Shown piece after piece: positions 62,984 through 64,000 of a stretch of 64,000 bases of DNA. Below the pieces are notes generated by a model. It was not told the DNA's origin. It did not search any database and saw only the letters and a program-made list of their open reading frames with translations. Position 1 is the first letter of the stretch; every line of letters begins with the position of its first letter. Source of the DNA: Haliotis rubra (Eukaryota). The position numbers were made by a program, and so were the translations under genes. Location: NCBI RefSeq assembly GCF_003918875.1, contig NW_025767088.1, forward strand, positions 496,001-560,000, in the 5' to 3' direction.

Positions 62984-64000
62984 ATGGTTCATGGTTTATC
63001 GGAAATCGTATCTAGAAAGTCATTTAGCGTCAAGTCAAAATCTGTAAAGCGACCAGGCCTTGGCGTAACACACACTAGCAAATCACATTTATGTTGAATG
63101 ACAATTTAACGATGGTCAGCCGAATAATTATTAAGCAACGATCGATGCAGTATGTTCTGGGCGATACGGGTTAGGATTTGTCTTCCGTAACCCATGCTTT
63201 TGTAAGAGGCGACTAGCTGGCTCGCTGACTTGAATGTCACATGTCACCGTATCCCAATTGCGCAGATCGATGTGCATGATGTTGATCACTGGATTGTCTG
63301 GTCCAGAGTCGATTATTTTCAGACCACATATTTCCATATACCTGGAATATTGCCGAGTGCGGTGTTAAACAAGAAACAAACAGTGTAACATTGTAGCAGG
63401 CGAAGCTTACTACACATTTATGACTCACTTGCTGTACCAGAGTCGACCTATGAGTCCAATAACTGTGCCAAGCGTGAAACTATGAAAAGTATCCTAACCC
63501 GTTACTTCAAGACGAAAGTATACAAAAACACGAATAAAGAGCAATTATTGTGAATTGCATTTTGGGACAATAAAAATTTCAATACTGCGATATTTTTGCA
63601 CGAACTCCGCTCCATATGAAACCTCTTTCAGCATTATTATTCATAACACAAATGTATTACCTGTCCGCAATTATCGACAGTTCAGATAGAAGAATGTAGA
63701 TCATGATATCTTCAAACATCGAAATGACCTACGAACATGTCAATCTGATCGATCAATAGAACATTCATATATCCAACAAGTATCGTCGTCAGAACAATTT
63801 CAATTTTCAATCGGAACTTCGTTTGAAGACGTAGGATATCCTGTACCAAATACCTTCTATGACTGGCTACTGACGGAAAAGCACGATGAATTTCCGAATG
63901 ATGCTGAGGGACCGTCGAAGTCGCATCGTTACGTGTTTAGGGTCATAACAGCATAGATATTCTGCCAGAAAGGTAATCATATTGCCATGTGGTTGTTTTA

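Overview
This is AT-rich eukaryotic DNA with GT-AG introns and many repeats. The repeat repertoire suggests a mollusc, probably a gastropod such as abalone; this is an inference from recalled repeat types and is unverified. Protein genes: (1) three + strand paralogues (3305-6046, 18279-20150, 40193-43015). Each has its whole ORF in one exon that starts 20-26 nt after a splice acceptor, and all share a conserved ~70-aa N-terminal domain I cannot name. Two end in a Crypton-type tyrosine-recombinase-derived (DUF3504-like) domain cut off just before the catalytic HxxR motif; the third lacks that domain. (2) A two-exon minus-strand Ser/Thr-type kinase (~1094 aa) with FATP repeats and a hydrophobic C-terminal tail. 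The rest is mobile or repetitive DNA: a decayed Tc1 element, tRNA-, 5S- and Meta-type SINEs, L2 3' ends, several MITE families (one with 7-bp TSDs), a Helentron-type non-autonomous element, five minisatellite arrays, and a ~6.5-kb tandem duplication carrying a decayed split-direct-repeat DIRS/Ngaro element. There is also an abundant ~240-bp retroposon with no Pol III head, a fixed 5' end and a covarying pseudoknot-like fold. The best candidates for an undescribed system are the Crypton-derived gene trio and the structured, possibly ribozyme-headed retroposon.
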